Counted from the stretch's first letter, positions 47,902 to 57,153 are shown. The stretch is DNA of 64,000 nt from Patescibacteria group bacterium (GCA_018970245.1 JAGWWT010000004.1:785-64784); one strand, 5' to 3'. Notes: generated from the letters alone by a model not told the origin. Numbers and translations: made by a program.

Positions 47902-48083
47902 CTCAACCCGAACCGACACAATCCGAGCATCCAGTCAGCCTTGACGAGCTTGACCGCATTCGCTGCGCTGAGAACGCATATCGTTTCGCCGGGAACATTC
48001 GCATGGCGAACGCGCTAAAACTTTATGGTGACAAAATTGAAAAGGAACTAAACGACAAAATCTTTAAGATACTGGACTTATGA
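47898..48083 (+). CDS. Small hypothetical protein (61 aa)
   Basis: ORF. Confidence 0.35.
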   Translation: MTQPEPTQSEHPVSLDELDRIRCAENAYRFAGNIRMANALKLYGDKIEKELNDKIFKILDL

Positions 48084-48141
48084 CACAATCCCAGAAGCGC
48101 GGGAATCTCTTGAAGGAACTTAAACCAGAACTACTACAGCA

Positions 48142-48408
48142 ATGACGAAAACATTTTGCGATATTTGTAACGCGGAAACCAATCGCACTCTTGAGATGTG
48201 CGAGAATCATGCCTACTTCCCGCCTGAGTGGGCTGGAACGGCGCAGAGTATTCAAATCAATATGCAGTTTTCCTACCGCGGCCCGAAGTTAGATACCGCG
48301 AATAAGAAGAACGTGAACGTTTGTGATAATTGCATAAATAAGGCCATGCTTTCAATTTCAGAGGGCGCGAAGGAACTCATTCAGCAATCACCCACGGAGG
48401 AGCAATGA
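48142..48408 (+). CDS. Small Zn-ribbon protein (88 aa)
   Basis: CDICN ... CDNC. Confidence 0.45.
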   Translation: MTKTFCDICNAETNRTLEMCENHAYFPPEWAGTAQSIQINMQFSYRGPKLDTANKKNVNVCDNCINKAMLSISEGAKELIQQSPTEEQ

Positions 48409-48920
48409 GCGACAGAGAATTACTGGAGAGCTTGGGGTACAAAATTATAGAAGACGACCCCGAATATCCGTTGACCGGGGGAGAATACGTGGTGGGTGGG
48501 TATATACTCATCTCGCCTCGCGGGGAGCGAAGTGCGCTTGGAATTTTGGAGAGCAGTGCGGAGTCTTCAATATCTGAATACGTAGCTAATCCGAATTTTT
48601 TCCTCGAACTCGACGACGCTCTGGCCGCGAAGGGCTGGGATTCGGAGCTTCACCGAATTGGTAAAGATTTTTACCGTTATATCGTTGGGCCATATTTAGC
48701 GACAGGAACAACTCCATTGGCTGCGGTTCGTCCCGTTTACGAACGCATTTGGGAATCCGAACACACCGAAGCAATCTATGTGATCGAATTTCTCACAGAC
48801 GGGAAATGGATAATGCAAACATACGAATTGGAGCGATCTACTGCAATTCAGACCATGCGCGACTTTAATCATCGCACAGACCATGAATGGCGCATCCGTA
48901 AATTTATTCCAGAACCATGA
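48405..48920 (+). CDS. Hypothetical protein (171 aa)
   Basis: ORF. Confidence 0.5.
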   Translation: MSDRELLESLGYKIIEDDPEYPLTGGEYVVGGYILISPRGERSALGILESSAESSISEYVANPNFFLELDDALAAKGWDSELHRIGKDFYRYIVGPYLATGTTPLAAVRPVYERIWESEHTEAIYVIEFLTDGKWIMQTYELERSTAIQTMRDFNHRTDHEWRIRKFIPEP

Positions 48921-49092
48921 CAGACGAGATTTTCTTAGACAATCCAAACCAGCTTTACAGAGATGAACCAGCAAGTGACCCGCGCTATGTGAAGCATGTT
49001 AATTGCGATGGAGCGCGGTTCCATGTACTTTCATGGAGTTCGTTGGGAACCCACTGTTCGGAGCCAAAGTGCATTATTAACAAACCAAGACC

Positions 49093-49281
49093 ATGACACA
49101 CCCACCCATCTATCTCATTTGTTACAAGGCAACGGGAACACCGCAATCGCTTTCCGGCGTCTATGGCTTACGCACTGATTTTCAGCTTGAGGAAGAAGAA
49201 GCCAGAACCATTTGCAAAAAGATCGGCCCGGATTTCGAGGTCGTGCGCTACGTGCCGGACATTCTACAGGAGGAGAAATGA
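49093..49281 (+). CDS. Small hypothetical protein (62 aa)
   Basis: ORF. Confidence 0.35.
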   Translation: MTHPPIYLICYKATGTPQSLSGVYGLRTDFQLEEEEARTICKKIGPDFEVVRYVPDILQEEK

Positions 49282-49433
49282 AATTACGCTGTCGAATCGG
49301 GTTCCATAAATGGGGGAAGTGGACTGAAAAGCAAGTAGGTCTAAATAGCAATTCGCGCCGCACGGTTATTCGTGCTCAAGAGCGCGTATGCAAAGATTGC
49401 TATAAAGCGGAAGTAAGAAAGGTAACTCTATGA
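49278..49433 (+). CDS. Small Zn-finger protein (51 aa)
   Basis: Internal Met of track ORF 49212..49433. CRIGFHKW ... CKDC. Confidence 0.4.
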   Translation: MKLRCRIGFHKWGKWTEKQVGLNSNSRRTVIRAQERVCKDCYKAEVRKVTL

Positions 49434-49816
49434 CCATTAACACAATCATGGATCTCCCGGAGCCGGAGCTTAACAGGCGGTTTCGGGAAGTGATGGGAAT
49501 TTATGCGAGGGAGGTTGCCCATGGCGACCGCTTTACCCGATATTGGAACGATAATTACCGCCAGAGCGAGGAAGTATGGCGCACCAATAAACAAGCGATG
49601 GAATCACCCATCACCGACGCTGAGATATTCCGGGCGCTGGATGCGTTGCCGAGGGATCTAATTCCCGCCATTGATGTGTGGCTCGTCGAGGAAACGCTGG
49701 AGTTCTGGGATATTACCGGGAACGCCGGCGGATATATTGCAGTAGAAGATTCCCGCGCCGCCGCCTTCAAACGGGCTGTCATTTGTGCAACGATTTTTAG
49801 CAAGGAGAACCAATGA
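49430..49816 (+). CDS. Hypothetical protein (128 aa)
   Basis: ORF. Confidence 0.45.
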   Translation: MTINTIMDLPEPELNRRFREVMGIYAREVAHGDRFTRYWNDNYRQSEEVWRTNKQAMESPITDAEIFRALDALPRDLIPAIDVWLVEETLEFWDITGNAGGYIAVEDSRAAAFKRAVICATIFSKENQ

Positions 49817-50004
49817 AGCGAAGGCATTTGAAGATTGGTAGTGTTTACAGCTATAGCAACCCGCACTGGGGAAAGCCAATTAGCGTTTGGCTCTTGGGCA
49901 TTCTCGACACCGGCGTGCATGTTATTTTTCTCGGAACCGGCTATTCCCGCAGCTTTATTTTAATGGAACATTTTTTAGATTATGCAAGAGAGACGCACCC
50001 ATGA
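49813..50004 (+). CDS. Small hypothetical protein (63 aa)
   Basis: ORF. Confidence 0.35.
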   Translation: MKRRHLKIGSVYSYSNPHWGKPISVWLLGILDTGVHVIFLGTGYSRSFILMEHFLDYARETHP

Positions 50005-50216
50005 AATCACTACTCATTATCGCGGCACTCGCATTGGCGGGATGCGCCGCGCCGAAGCAAATCCAAACCGCACCCGGCCCGCACGTCATTTGGCGAACGC
50101 ACCACGCTTTCGATCTCACGCCGATAATTGATACGGTAGTCTGGTCAAGCGGTGATACGCAGTGCTTTTATTATATCCCGGAACGAACGTGGAATTTTGA
50201 GAAGGAGAAACACTAA
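50001..50216 (+). CDS. Small lipoprotein (lipobox LAGC)
   Basis: Internal Met of track ORF 49887..50216. MKSLLIIAALALAGCAAP is a classical lipoprotein signal. A truncated duplicate of its 5-prime end lies directly downstream (50216-50266). Confidence 0.5.
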   Translation: MKSLLIIAALALAGCAAPKQIQTAPGPHVIWRTHHAFDLTPIIDTVVWSSGDTQCFYYIPERTWNFEKEKH

Positions 50217-50252
50217 TGAAATCACTACTCAATATCACAGCACTGAAACACA

Positions 50253-50507
50253 ATGATAAAAACTGAGGAACTCGAAAAAGGCTGCATGGCGAAAGCCCTG
50301 CCCGAAGAAATGACATTTGTGCTGTTGGCGCGTGATCCCGCCGCACCTGCCACGATACGCTTCTGGATGAAGGAGCGCAACCGTTTGGGCCGCAATACGG
50401 AACCCTTGGATGAGCAACTTGCCGAAGCCGAAATGTGCGCCCTTTATATGGATAGTCAACGACCCCAAATCAAGGAGGCACTACGCCGGAAAGAGGGGAA
50501 GGAATGA
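50253..50507 (+). CDS. Hypothetical protein (84 aa)
   Basis: ORF. Confidence 0.4.
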   Translation: MIKTEELEKGCMAKALPEEMTFVLLARDPAAPATIRFWMKERNRLGRNTEPLDEQLAEAEMCALYMDSQRPQIKEALRRKEGKE

Positions 50508-50698
50508 ACCCGAATTATGCCTTTATCGTTGGGGAACAATACTACTGGCCACACTTCGTTGAGGGCAAACGGACATGGATTCCCGTTGTTATTCTTCGCC
50601 AAACATCCGATACGATGTTCCGGGTTGAATGGTGGTGGAATGGCCAGCGGCGCGAGAGCACGGTTTACAGCGGAAAACTTTACGATGAAATTCCATAA
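50504..50698 (+). CDS. Small hypothetical protein (64 aa)
   Basis: ORF. Confidence 0.4.
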   Translation: MNPNYAFIVGEQYYWPHFVEGKRTWIPVVILRQTSDTMFRVEWWWNGQRRESTVYSGKLYDEIP

Positions 50699-50848
50699 CC
50701 CCATCCCTCCATCCTCCGCTCCGTGCTGCAGTGGCGAGAGATTCGTGCTCCGAGGACTAACCCAGCGGAACTAACTCACACCCGGAAAGCATTGTGAAAT
50801 GAGTGAGCGCCAGGAACGCACTGGGTTATCTCGCTGTTACAATACGCC

Positions 50849-51112
50849 ATGAACATCAGTGAGGAAGAATTAGCGGCTGAGGCCAAGCGAATACGATATG
50901 ATCGCTCGAAGGAAATTCATCGGGTAACACTACTCATGGATCACCAGCTACACCGCAGGCTCCGGCGAATTAGTCCGGAGCAACGAAAGCAATTCGGTCC
51001 GGACATCATGAAAATGCTGGAGCGATACTTGGATCTTCGCGATAAATATGGCCCCGATATTTTTGAAGGGATATACAACCATGTCACACGTAAAATGGCG
51101 TCCGGTGGATGA
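50849..51112 (+). CDS. Hypothetical protein (87 aa)
   Basis: ORF. Confidence 0.4.
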   Translation: MNISEEELAAEAKRIRYDRSKEIHRVTLLMDHQLHRRLRRISPEQRKQFGPDIMKMLERYLDLRDKYGPDIFEGIYNHVTRKMASGG

Positions 51113-51207
51113 TCTCTGGGATGAAACGCACGTCCCAGAATCCACGGATCCCACTTGGCCGTATCCCGGCATTCCCGATTTACGAACACCACGAAAGAAA
51201 GAAGAAA

Positions 51208-51846
51208 ATGGAGCAAAAAAAGAAAGAACGCAAGATAACCCCAGTGGGCGAAGCTCGCTGGGCGCATGTCCACGAACCGAAACCCCCGTATAAAGATCCG
51301 AAGACCGGTCGAGAAAAAGGCGGACCGATGTTCGCCATTGATGTATATTTCGACCCCAAAACCGACCAAGCATGGAAAGATTGGGCCAATGATATTAGCC
51401 GGCGCATCAGTGCAATGCCACAGCAATACGACAAAGATGGCGCACCCATCAAAAAACAAATGCCGATCAAGCCGGAGATCGACCAAGAGGATCGAAAGAC
51501 CGGACGGTTTTATGTCCAGATCAAAACCAAAGCAGATTACCCACCTGGCGTATTCGACGCCTACGGCAGGCCCATTCCCCCCGAAATCAAAATCGGTAAC
51601 GGTTCAAAAGTCAAGGTTGCATACACAGAAAACGAGTACGATGCTTTTGGCGGCGGGATCAATTTTTACCTAAGCGCCGTACAGGTACTCGAACTCGTCG
51701 AATATCGGGCGCAATCCGCAGCAGCGTATGGCTTTGATGTGCAAGCCCCACCAGAGGGTAATGATGATTTTAATTTTGGTGCCAACACCGATTCCAAGAC
51801 GCTTGGTTCGGCGGAAGGTATCGGTAAAGACGATTTTCTATTTTAA
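51208..51846 (+). CDS. Single-stranded DNA-binding protein candidate (DUF2815 / T7 gp2.5-like)
   Basis: Internal Met of track ORF 51109. GEARWAHVHEPKP...FAIDVYFDPK core and acidic C-terminal tail ending DDFLF, like gp2.5. Adjacent to recombination genes. Confidence 0.5.
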   Translation: MEQKKKERKITPVGEARWAHVHEPKPPYKDPKTGREKGGPMFAIDVYFDPKTDQAWKDWANDISRRISAMPQQYDKDGAPIKKQMPIKPEIDQEDRKTGRFYVQIKTKADYPPGVFDAYGRPIPPEIKIGNGSKVKVAYTENEYDAFGGGINFYLSAVQVLELVEYRAQSAAAYGFDVQAPPEGNDDFNFGANTDSKTLGSAEGIGKDDFLF

Positions 51847-51944
51847 TTTGGCCAAGTTCGTGGTCAGGAAAGCAAACGGAGAATGGGAGACGTTGCGGCC
51901 GCAGCGTCGGATACCTCACCCGCCGCGAACAATTTAATACACTG

Positions 51945-53399
51945 ATGCGCATAAAAAAAATCGTCTGGCACAACATCGGAAGCACCCCTGACGGCCACAC
52001 CCTGATCGAGCATAAGGAACTCGATTGTGAAAAAGCAGATGTGGTTTTATTCGAGGGGCCGAATGGCGTAGGCAAGAGCGTGCTCATGAAGAGCGTGCGG
52101 TCGGCGCTCACCACACCCAAGAAAGGTCAGAATTTCTCTGGCCTTTTGGGTGACGATGCGGTGCATGGCTATGTAGCCCTGTCACTTAATACTGGCGTTC
52201 ATATTCGACGTGACGTGAATCCCGCGGATTCGCCGCTTACCGTATCGAGCAAGAAGCTTGGCGAACAAAAGGGGCCACAAGCGAACCGGTGGATCGGCCA
52301 GCAGTTCGACGCCGAGTCCATCAACTGCGAGGCGTTCCTGACCAAAGACCCAAGAGAACGCACGCGGCTTATCTTGGAATCCATTCCATTCGAGATCGAC
52401 AAGCAGGCGCTGTCCGACATCGTACAAAAAGATGTGACGAAATTGGACGGCCACCCGCTCGAAATCGTGGATGTCGTTCGGCGTGAAGTGTACGACCGGC
52501 GCACCGAGGTCAATCGGATCGCAAAAGAAAAACGGGCGGCGGCTGAAGAGTTATCCCGGACCATCGATGTGGCCACCGATTTCTATACACTGGATGAAGC
52601 GATACACTCGTTCGAAGATGAGATCGTAGCGACCGAAACCGAAGCTGCGGAGAAGATTGAGCATTCGCAGATTCAACTGGCGAATGCCGTGAAGATGGCT
52701 GACGAGATTACGGCTACCGCCATCAAAACGATAACGGATGTCGATAATGGCTACATCGAGAAGAAGCGGGAAGCAATCGCTCAACTTCAAGCTGAAATTC
52801 GAGAACTTGAACACGGTCGCGATGCGGCGATCACGAGCGAAAAATCGCTGAACCGTGAAGCCGTAGCGAAGCTTCGCGCTGACCACGAACGCGAGAGATC
52901 CGAAATACTCGCCAAGCGCGATGACGCGACCCACGACAGCAAGCTCAAGCTCGCCGAACTTCGCACCAAGCGTGACGGCGCGGTAGCCGCCGAAGCCCAG
53001 CGCAAGATCGTGACCGACGGCTTGCAGGCTGCCGCCCGTATCGAGGAAGAATCGCGGGAATTATCTAATATATTAGATAAGATCGACGAGTTCAAGAACA
53101 ACATGCTCAAGGAACTCCCGATACCGGGTATTACACTGGAAGAAGGTGAGGTCATGATCGAGGGTAAGGAGTGGGATAAAGTACCCGACAGCCGTTTGGT
53201 CAAGCTCGCGATCGACCTGGGCATCGCCCGGTCCAACGAGTCAGATATTTTACTCATCGACAAAGCCGAAGCCATCGACGACACACAATTCGAGACCGTT
53301 ATCCTGCCGCACTTGCAGCGGTCTGGCCGTCAGTGTTTCGTGGGTAGGGCGTCAGTAGGCGATGGGTCATTAAAAGAACTGAGGATACGAACGATATGA
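51945..53399 (+). CDS. SbcC/Rad50-like ATPase (Walker A plus long coiled coil)
   Basis: FEGPNGVGKSVLM Walker A. Extended Ala/Glu/Arg coiled-coil region. C-terminal LLIDKAEAIDD Walker B-like. Confidence 0.55.
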   Translation: MRIKKIVWHNIGSTPDGHTLIEHKELDCEKADVVLFEGPNGVGKSVLMKSVRSALTTPKKGQNFSGLLGDDAVHGYVALSLNTGVHIRRDVNPADSPLTVSSKKLGEQKGPQANRWIGQQFDAESINCEAFLTKDPRERTRLILESIPFEIDKQALSDIVQKDVTKLDGHPLEIVDVVRREVYDRRTEVNRIAKEKRAAAEELSRTIDVATDFYTLDEAIHSFEDEIVATETEAAEKIEHSQIQLANAVKMADEITATAIKTITDVDNGYIEKKREAIAQLQAEIRELEHGRDAAITSEKSLNREAVAKLRADHERERSEILAKRDDATHDSKLKLAELRTKRDGAVAAEAQRKIVTDGLQAAARIEEESRELSNILDKIDEFKNNMLKELPIPGITLEEGEVMIEGKEWDKVPDSRLVKLAIDLGIARSNESDILLIDKAEAIDDTQFETVILPHLQRSGRQCFVGRASVGDGSLKELRIRTI

Positions 53400-53698
53400 C
53401 AAAAACAATGCTGGAAGGCCGCATCGCGGCCATGCTTGAAGGTATTCCGGATGGCGATATATCTGCAATGGCAATCACGGTCGTAGTGGAGCGAGACGAA
53501 TGCTATAATTTTTCCGAAGGATGGTTTGGTCGCGGCGACCACATCATGTACGGTATCGTTCGGTTTATTCGGCACTTCAGCAAGAAGAACGACGTGAAGC
53601 CAGAAGATGCTCGCGAGGTCGTTATGCGTGGGTTAAGCGATGAAAAATTTGCAGAAGATGAGGACGAAGAAATAACGCAAGTCGAACTTGCGGGATGA
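53396..53698 (+). CDS. Hypothetical acidic protein (100 aa)
   Basis: ORF. Confidence 0.4.
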   Translation: MTKTMLEGRIAAMLEGIPDGDISAMAITVVVERDECYNFSEGWFGRGDHIMYGIVRFIRHFSKKNDVKPEDAREVVMRGLSDEKFAEDEDEEITQVELAG

Positions 53699-54108
53699 AA
53701 GAGCAACTCATTGACCTAAGTGACCCGCGGACCAAAGGATTACTTCTATCCCATGTCCGTTCGCTCGAAGGTCTGCATCGAGTAACGATCGTCAAGCATC
53801 GCAAGATCAGGACCAACGCACAAAATTCGTATTATCATGCGTGTATTGTAGCACCGTGGGCCGATTGGTTACGCGAAATGGGTCACGAGATCGGTGATGA
53901 CAACGACGAAGCCCACCGAATGCTGGCTGACCGATTCCTGGAGCGAAACGTTCATGACGAGAACGGAGAGATCATTGGAACTTACACCCAAAGCACATCA
54001 AAGCTAACGACCGTAGAATTCATCGAGTATAACGATCAATGCGCTCAGTTTTTAGCCGAATTTTGCGAGATTGTCGTACTCCCGCCGGATCCATTTTATA
54101 ACAGGTAG
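53695..54108 (+). CDS. ninB: NinB/Orf-family recombination mediator
   Basis: RTNAQNSYYHACIV and TQSTSKLTTVEFIEY resemble the lambda Orf motifs RSLDQNRKLWACL and GQSTSRMRVGEF. Confidence 0.45.
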   Translation: MKEQLIDLSDPRTKGLLLSHVRSLEGLHRVTIVKHRKIRTNAQNSYYHACIVAPWADWLREMGHEIGDDNDEAHRMLADRFLERNVHDENGEIIGTYTQSTSKLTTVEFIEYNDQCAQFLAEFCEIVVLPPDPFYNR

Positions 54109-54696
54109 ATGTATCGCTTACCTTACTTCCTCATGGGTCGCATCATGAAGTGCCCCGCCAGCCTGGAGCGCGAGCGGGAAGTGCTTCGTGAGCAGCATAA
54201 AGCGTTGACACCAGCCGAGCGCATCAAAGACCCGGACGTATGGACCGATGCGCTGGCCGATGACTGCGAGGAAATCGAGCGCGAGGAGATGGTTAACTGG
54301 GGCACGAGCGAGCGCAAGATACTCACGAATGGGCTATTCGAATTAGCGGCAGACACCGTGGGTATTACCGCGCCCATTCGCGTACTAGATGGCTGGCGGC
54401 CAATGGCTATCGTTCGTCAGGCCGACTGGCGCAAGCCAGCCGCCGACCAATGGGCAATGGCTTCGATCGCATCTATGCTTCCGATCGCGTATCCACAGGT
54501 GATCGTAGCTGTTATTCAGCCACAGCATGAACCCCGAAGCACAAGTGTATTATACGAAGCATCCGAGATACCGCATTTGGTACGCCGGATAAAAGTTCAA
54601 CTCGAAATCGCCCAAAAGCCGAATGCAAAAGCTGTGGGCGGTGACCACTGTAAATATTGCGCAGCGCGTAAACACTGTAGCGAAGCGAAACAATGA
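54109..54696 (+). CDS. PD-(D/E)xK nuclease with C-terminal Cas4/RecB-type Cys cluster
   Basis: The C-terminus HCKYCAARKHC has CxxCx5C spacing, with an N-terminal Cys. Sits in the recombination module. Confidence 0.45.
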   Translation: MYRLPYFLMGRIMKCPASLEREREVLREQHKALTPAERIKDPDVWTDALADDCEEIEREEMVNWGTSERKILTNGLFELAADTVGITAPIRVLDGWRPMAIVRQADWRKPAADQWAMASIASMLPIAYPQVIVAVIQPQHEPRSTSVLYEASEIPHLVRRIKVQLEIAQKPNAKAVGGDHCKYCAARKHCSEAKQ

Positions 54697-55277
54697 AATA
54701 CACCACTAAAAATGTAGTAGCCGGTTTCCACGGCATCAAGAAAAAAGAACTCGTACCGTATTCGATCGCACGGACGGTGATCGAGTATGCACAAATGCGG
54801 GAGATATTGGCGGGGAAGCATTTTAACTACGCTGCTGAAATTGGGTGTGGGTATGGAAGACTACTGCCGTTTCTGGCGGAGATTGCAACAGACGTGCATG
54901 GGTTCGAGCGCGATGCAACGCTTTGGTCAACGGCGGCGCGGCTCAATCCGACTGCTGGAATTTGGAAGCTCGAACACCTGCGCGACAGGCTTCTTGACGT
55001 GTATATGCCACCGGTCAATTTCATTCTAACGTTCACATTTCTTCAGCACCTCGAAAACGATCACGCCGAAGAAATCCTATCGGTGATTTCGCAATCGCCA
55101 GCGCAAACCATTCTCCTCTGTGAACAGACCGAAGGCAATTCCCGTCACTGTCACGGCAGACTCATCGAATGGTACGCATCACGTTTACCGAACTTCACGC
55201 TGGCAAAGATCGAGCCGCGCAGGGTCGATCCAGCCAGTGTATCGAACGCACATTACATGCTTTTTGAAAGGAAATAA
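54693..55277 (+). CDS. Class I SAM-dependent methyltransferase
   Basis: Motif I AAEIGCGYGRLLPFL. Confidence 0.6.
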   Translation: MKYTTKNVVAGFHGIKKKELVPYSIARTVIEYAQMREILAGKHFNYAAEIGCGYGRLLPFLAEIATDVHGFERDATLWSTAARLNPTAGIWKLEHLRDRLLDVYMPPVNFILTFTFLQHLENDHAEEILSVISQSPAQTILLCEQTEGNSRHCHGRLIEWYASRLPNFTLAKIEPRRVDPASVSNAHYMLFERK

Positions 55278-55280
55278 ACA

Positions 55281-55475
55281 ATGCAAGTAGCATACAATTC
55301 ACATCATTTCGACGGCCCCGTAATTTCAATTCACTCAACTTACCATGATGCCGAAAGGCTCATAAACGCACTGCCCACGACGAGCGAAGATCCCGTAATC
55401 GTGATGCTACGAAACAAACTGGCGACTGCAATCTCCAGGCTTCGCGACGAGCGGGCAGAATGGACGGAGGTATAA
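55281..55475 (+). CDS. Small hypothetical protein (64 aa)
   Basis: ORF. Confidence 0.35.
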   Translation: MQVAYNSHHFDGPVISIHSTYHDAERLINALPTTSEDPVIVMLRNKLATAISRLRDERAEWTEV

Positions 55476-55478
55476 ATA

Positions 55479-56651
55479 ATGTTCACTATCGATAAAGACG
55501 AACTTGTATTCGCGGTAGCTGCGGCAGCAGATATGGTGCCGCAATCTACTCCGCAGGAACAATTACAAAATATCGAGATCGAGGGCGCAGATGACGTGCT
55601 TACCGTCCGCGCATCGACCGGCCATTCATGGTGCGAAACCCGAACGGATATTGATGGCGATTTGGATAAGGTCATCGTACCCGCTCATTTCTTCGAGCAG
55701 GTCGTATCATCCATGCCCGATGGCCGGCTGAAATCAAGCACCATAGGTAAACGCCTGGATATTACTGCCGAAGGCGCTACCAGCCGGGCTACGATCCCGG
55801 TATTGGCCGACGACAAATATCCGCGAGCGATACCAGCGACGAAAGAACCATCGGTGACCATTTCGTCCGATGTACTGAAGGAGGGTATTGCGAAGGTAGC
55901 TTGGATCGTGGACCCGCGGGAAATAGTACCATCCAGGGCGGGTATCTTACTGGAAATAAACAAGGGCGGAATAACCTTCGCCGGATGCAGTCAGCAGGGG
56001 ATGTCAGAATTTGCTGAGAAAGCACCACGTAAAGTCGATGCGTCCATTATCCTGCCGCTCCAGTTCGCCAGACTCATCCAGAAGCATTTCCCGGCCCGTA
56101 GCGACATTAAAACTACCGTAGGGGTGTCGCAGGGTATCTTTGCCAATGAACGCCTTACCTTGGCCTCCGTAGGCATCGAGGGCGGCTTTGCTCCGTACCG
56201 TGCCATCTTCGATAAGACGTTAGACAAAATAAAGCACCGTATTCCTACGAATGTAGCCGCACTTCGCGGTGCTATCGCCAGAAAGACCCCGTTCGTCGGC
56301 AGGTACAACGGCATTCGCCTGACATTCGACAGCGGTATGCTTACGGTGCAAGCCGGACATGATGCACTGGATTCGACGGACAGCATCCCGTCCTCCTACG
56401 CGGGAGAGGAGATCGGCTGCCTTATGGCCATCGAAACAACTCAAAAGCTTTTATCGGCGTTCGATGGTGAGAATGTGACTATCGCTCTGGCTGGACCGAA
56501 GGATATTCTTTTGTTCTTCGACGATTCGAGGGACGAAAGCACGTCCTACTGGAGTGCGGTTACCCAATGGAGCGAGGCTCACGCCGAAGAACGCAAGCGC
56601 CGCGATGCGGAAAAACAGCAACAAAAAGAAGAAAGGGAATATAGGCGATGA
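55479..56651 (+). CDS. dnaN: DNA polymerase III beta sliding clamp homologue with basic C-terminal tail
   Basis: Collinear similarity to DnaN: MFTIDKDELVFAV start, VPAHFFEQV...ADDKYP, GGFAPYRAIFDK (cf. DGRFPDYRRVLPK), and a three-domain length. Confidence 0.65.
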   Translation: MFTIDKDELVFAVAAAADMVPQSTPQEQLQNIEIEGADDVLTVRASTGHSWCETRTDIDGDLDKVIVPAHFFEQVVSSMPDGRLKSSTIGKRLDITAEGATSRATIPVLADDKYPRAIPATKEPSVTISSDVLKEGIAKVAWIVDPREIVPSRAGILLEINKGGITFAGCSQQGMSEFAEKAPRKVDASIILPLQFARLIQKHFPARSDIKTTVGVSQGIFANERLTLASVGIEGGFAPYRAIFDKTLDKIKHRIPTNVAALRGAIARKTPFVGRYNGIRLTFDSGMLTVQAGHDALDSTDSIPSSYAGEEIGCLMAIETTQKLLSAFDGENVTIALAGPKDILLFFDDSRDESTSYWSAVTQWSEAHAEERKRRDAEKQQQKEEREYRR

Positions 56652-56815
56652 CCGTAGCTGAAGAGCTTGAGATTCAGGATAAATTTGACGCCATCACGGA
56701 AAACGATTCGTGGAATGCGTGGGACGCGAAACGTCGATTACTTCGTATGGCAGAGCAATGGAAGCACGAGACCATTACGCCCGCTAAGATGCAGAACGTT
56801 ATTCGTTTGCTATGA
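56648..56815 (+). CDS. Unlisted 55-aa ORF between clamp and RusA genes
   Basis: Manual translation MTVAEELEIQDKFDAITENDSWNAWDAKRRLLRMAEQWKHETITPAKMQNVIRLL. ATGA overlaps on both ends. Replaces the junk-like track ORF 56667..57002. Confidence 0.4.
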   Translation: MTVAEELEIQDKFDAITENDSWNAWDAKRRLLRMAEQWKHETITPAKMQNVIRLL

Positions 56816-57153
56816 CCCTCGAATTTCCTCTTCGCACCTATTCGACGAATGTATTGCGCAGTCTGCATTGGGCAAAGCGCAATCGTCTTGCGGCCAAGGA
56901 GAAGAATATCGTATGGGCCGAGTGGCACAAAGACCGCAAGCGTGCGGTTACCTTTCCATGCACTGTAACGCTTACGCGCTTTGGCCCCAGACGGCTGGAT
57001 GACGATAATCTGGCTGGTTCGTTCAAAGCGGTCCGCGATCGAATAGCGCAGCTTATGGGTATTGATGACGGCAGTCCGCTCGTAAGCTGGGTGTATAAAC
57101 AGCAGCCGTCGAAAGAGTATCGAGTGAGGATAGAGATATGCCAGAAGCCATAG
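56812..57153 (+). CDS. rusA: RusA-family Holliday junction resolvase
   Basis: LRSLHWAKRNR ... RRLDDDNLAGSFKAVRDRIAQLMGIDDGSPLV matches the RusA signature. Confidence 0.7.
   Translation: MTLEFPLRTYSTNVLRSLHWAKRNRLAAKEKNIVWAEWHKDRKRAVTFPCTVTLTRFGPRRLDDDNLAGSFKAVRDRIAQLMGIDDGSPLVSWVYKQQPSKEYRVRIEICQKP

Noticed and set aside
56667-57002. Track ORF (111 aa) between clamp and RusA
   Set aside because: Arg-rich junk that overlaps RusA out of frame. Replaced by the 55-aa ORF 56648..56815 that is ATGA-coupled on both sides.
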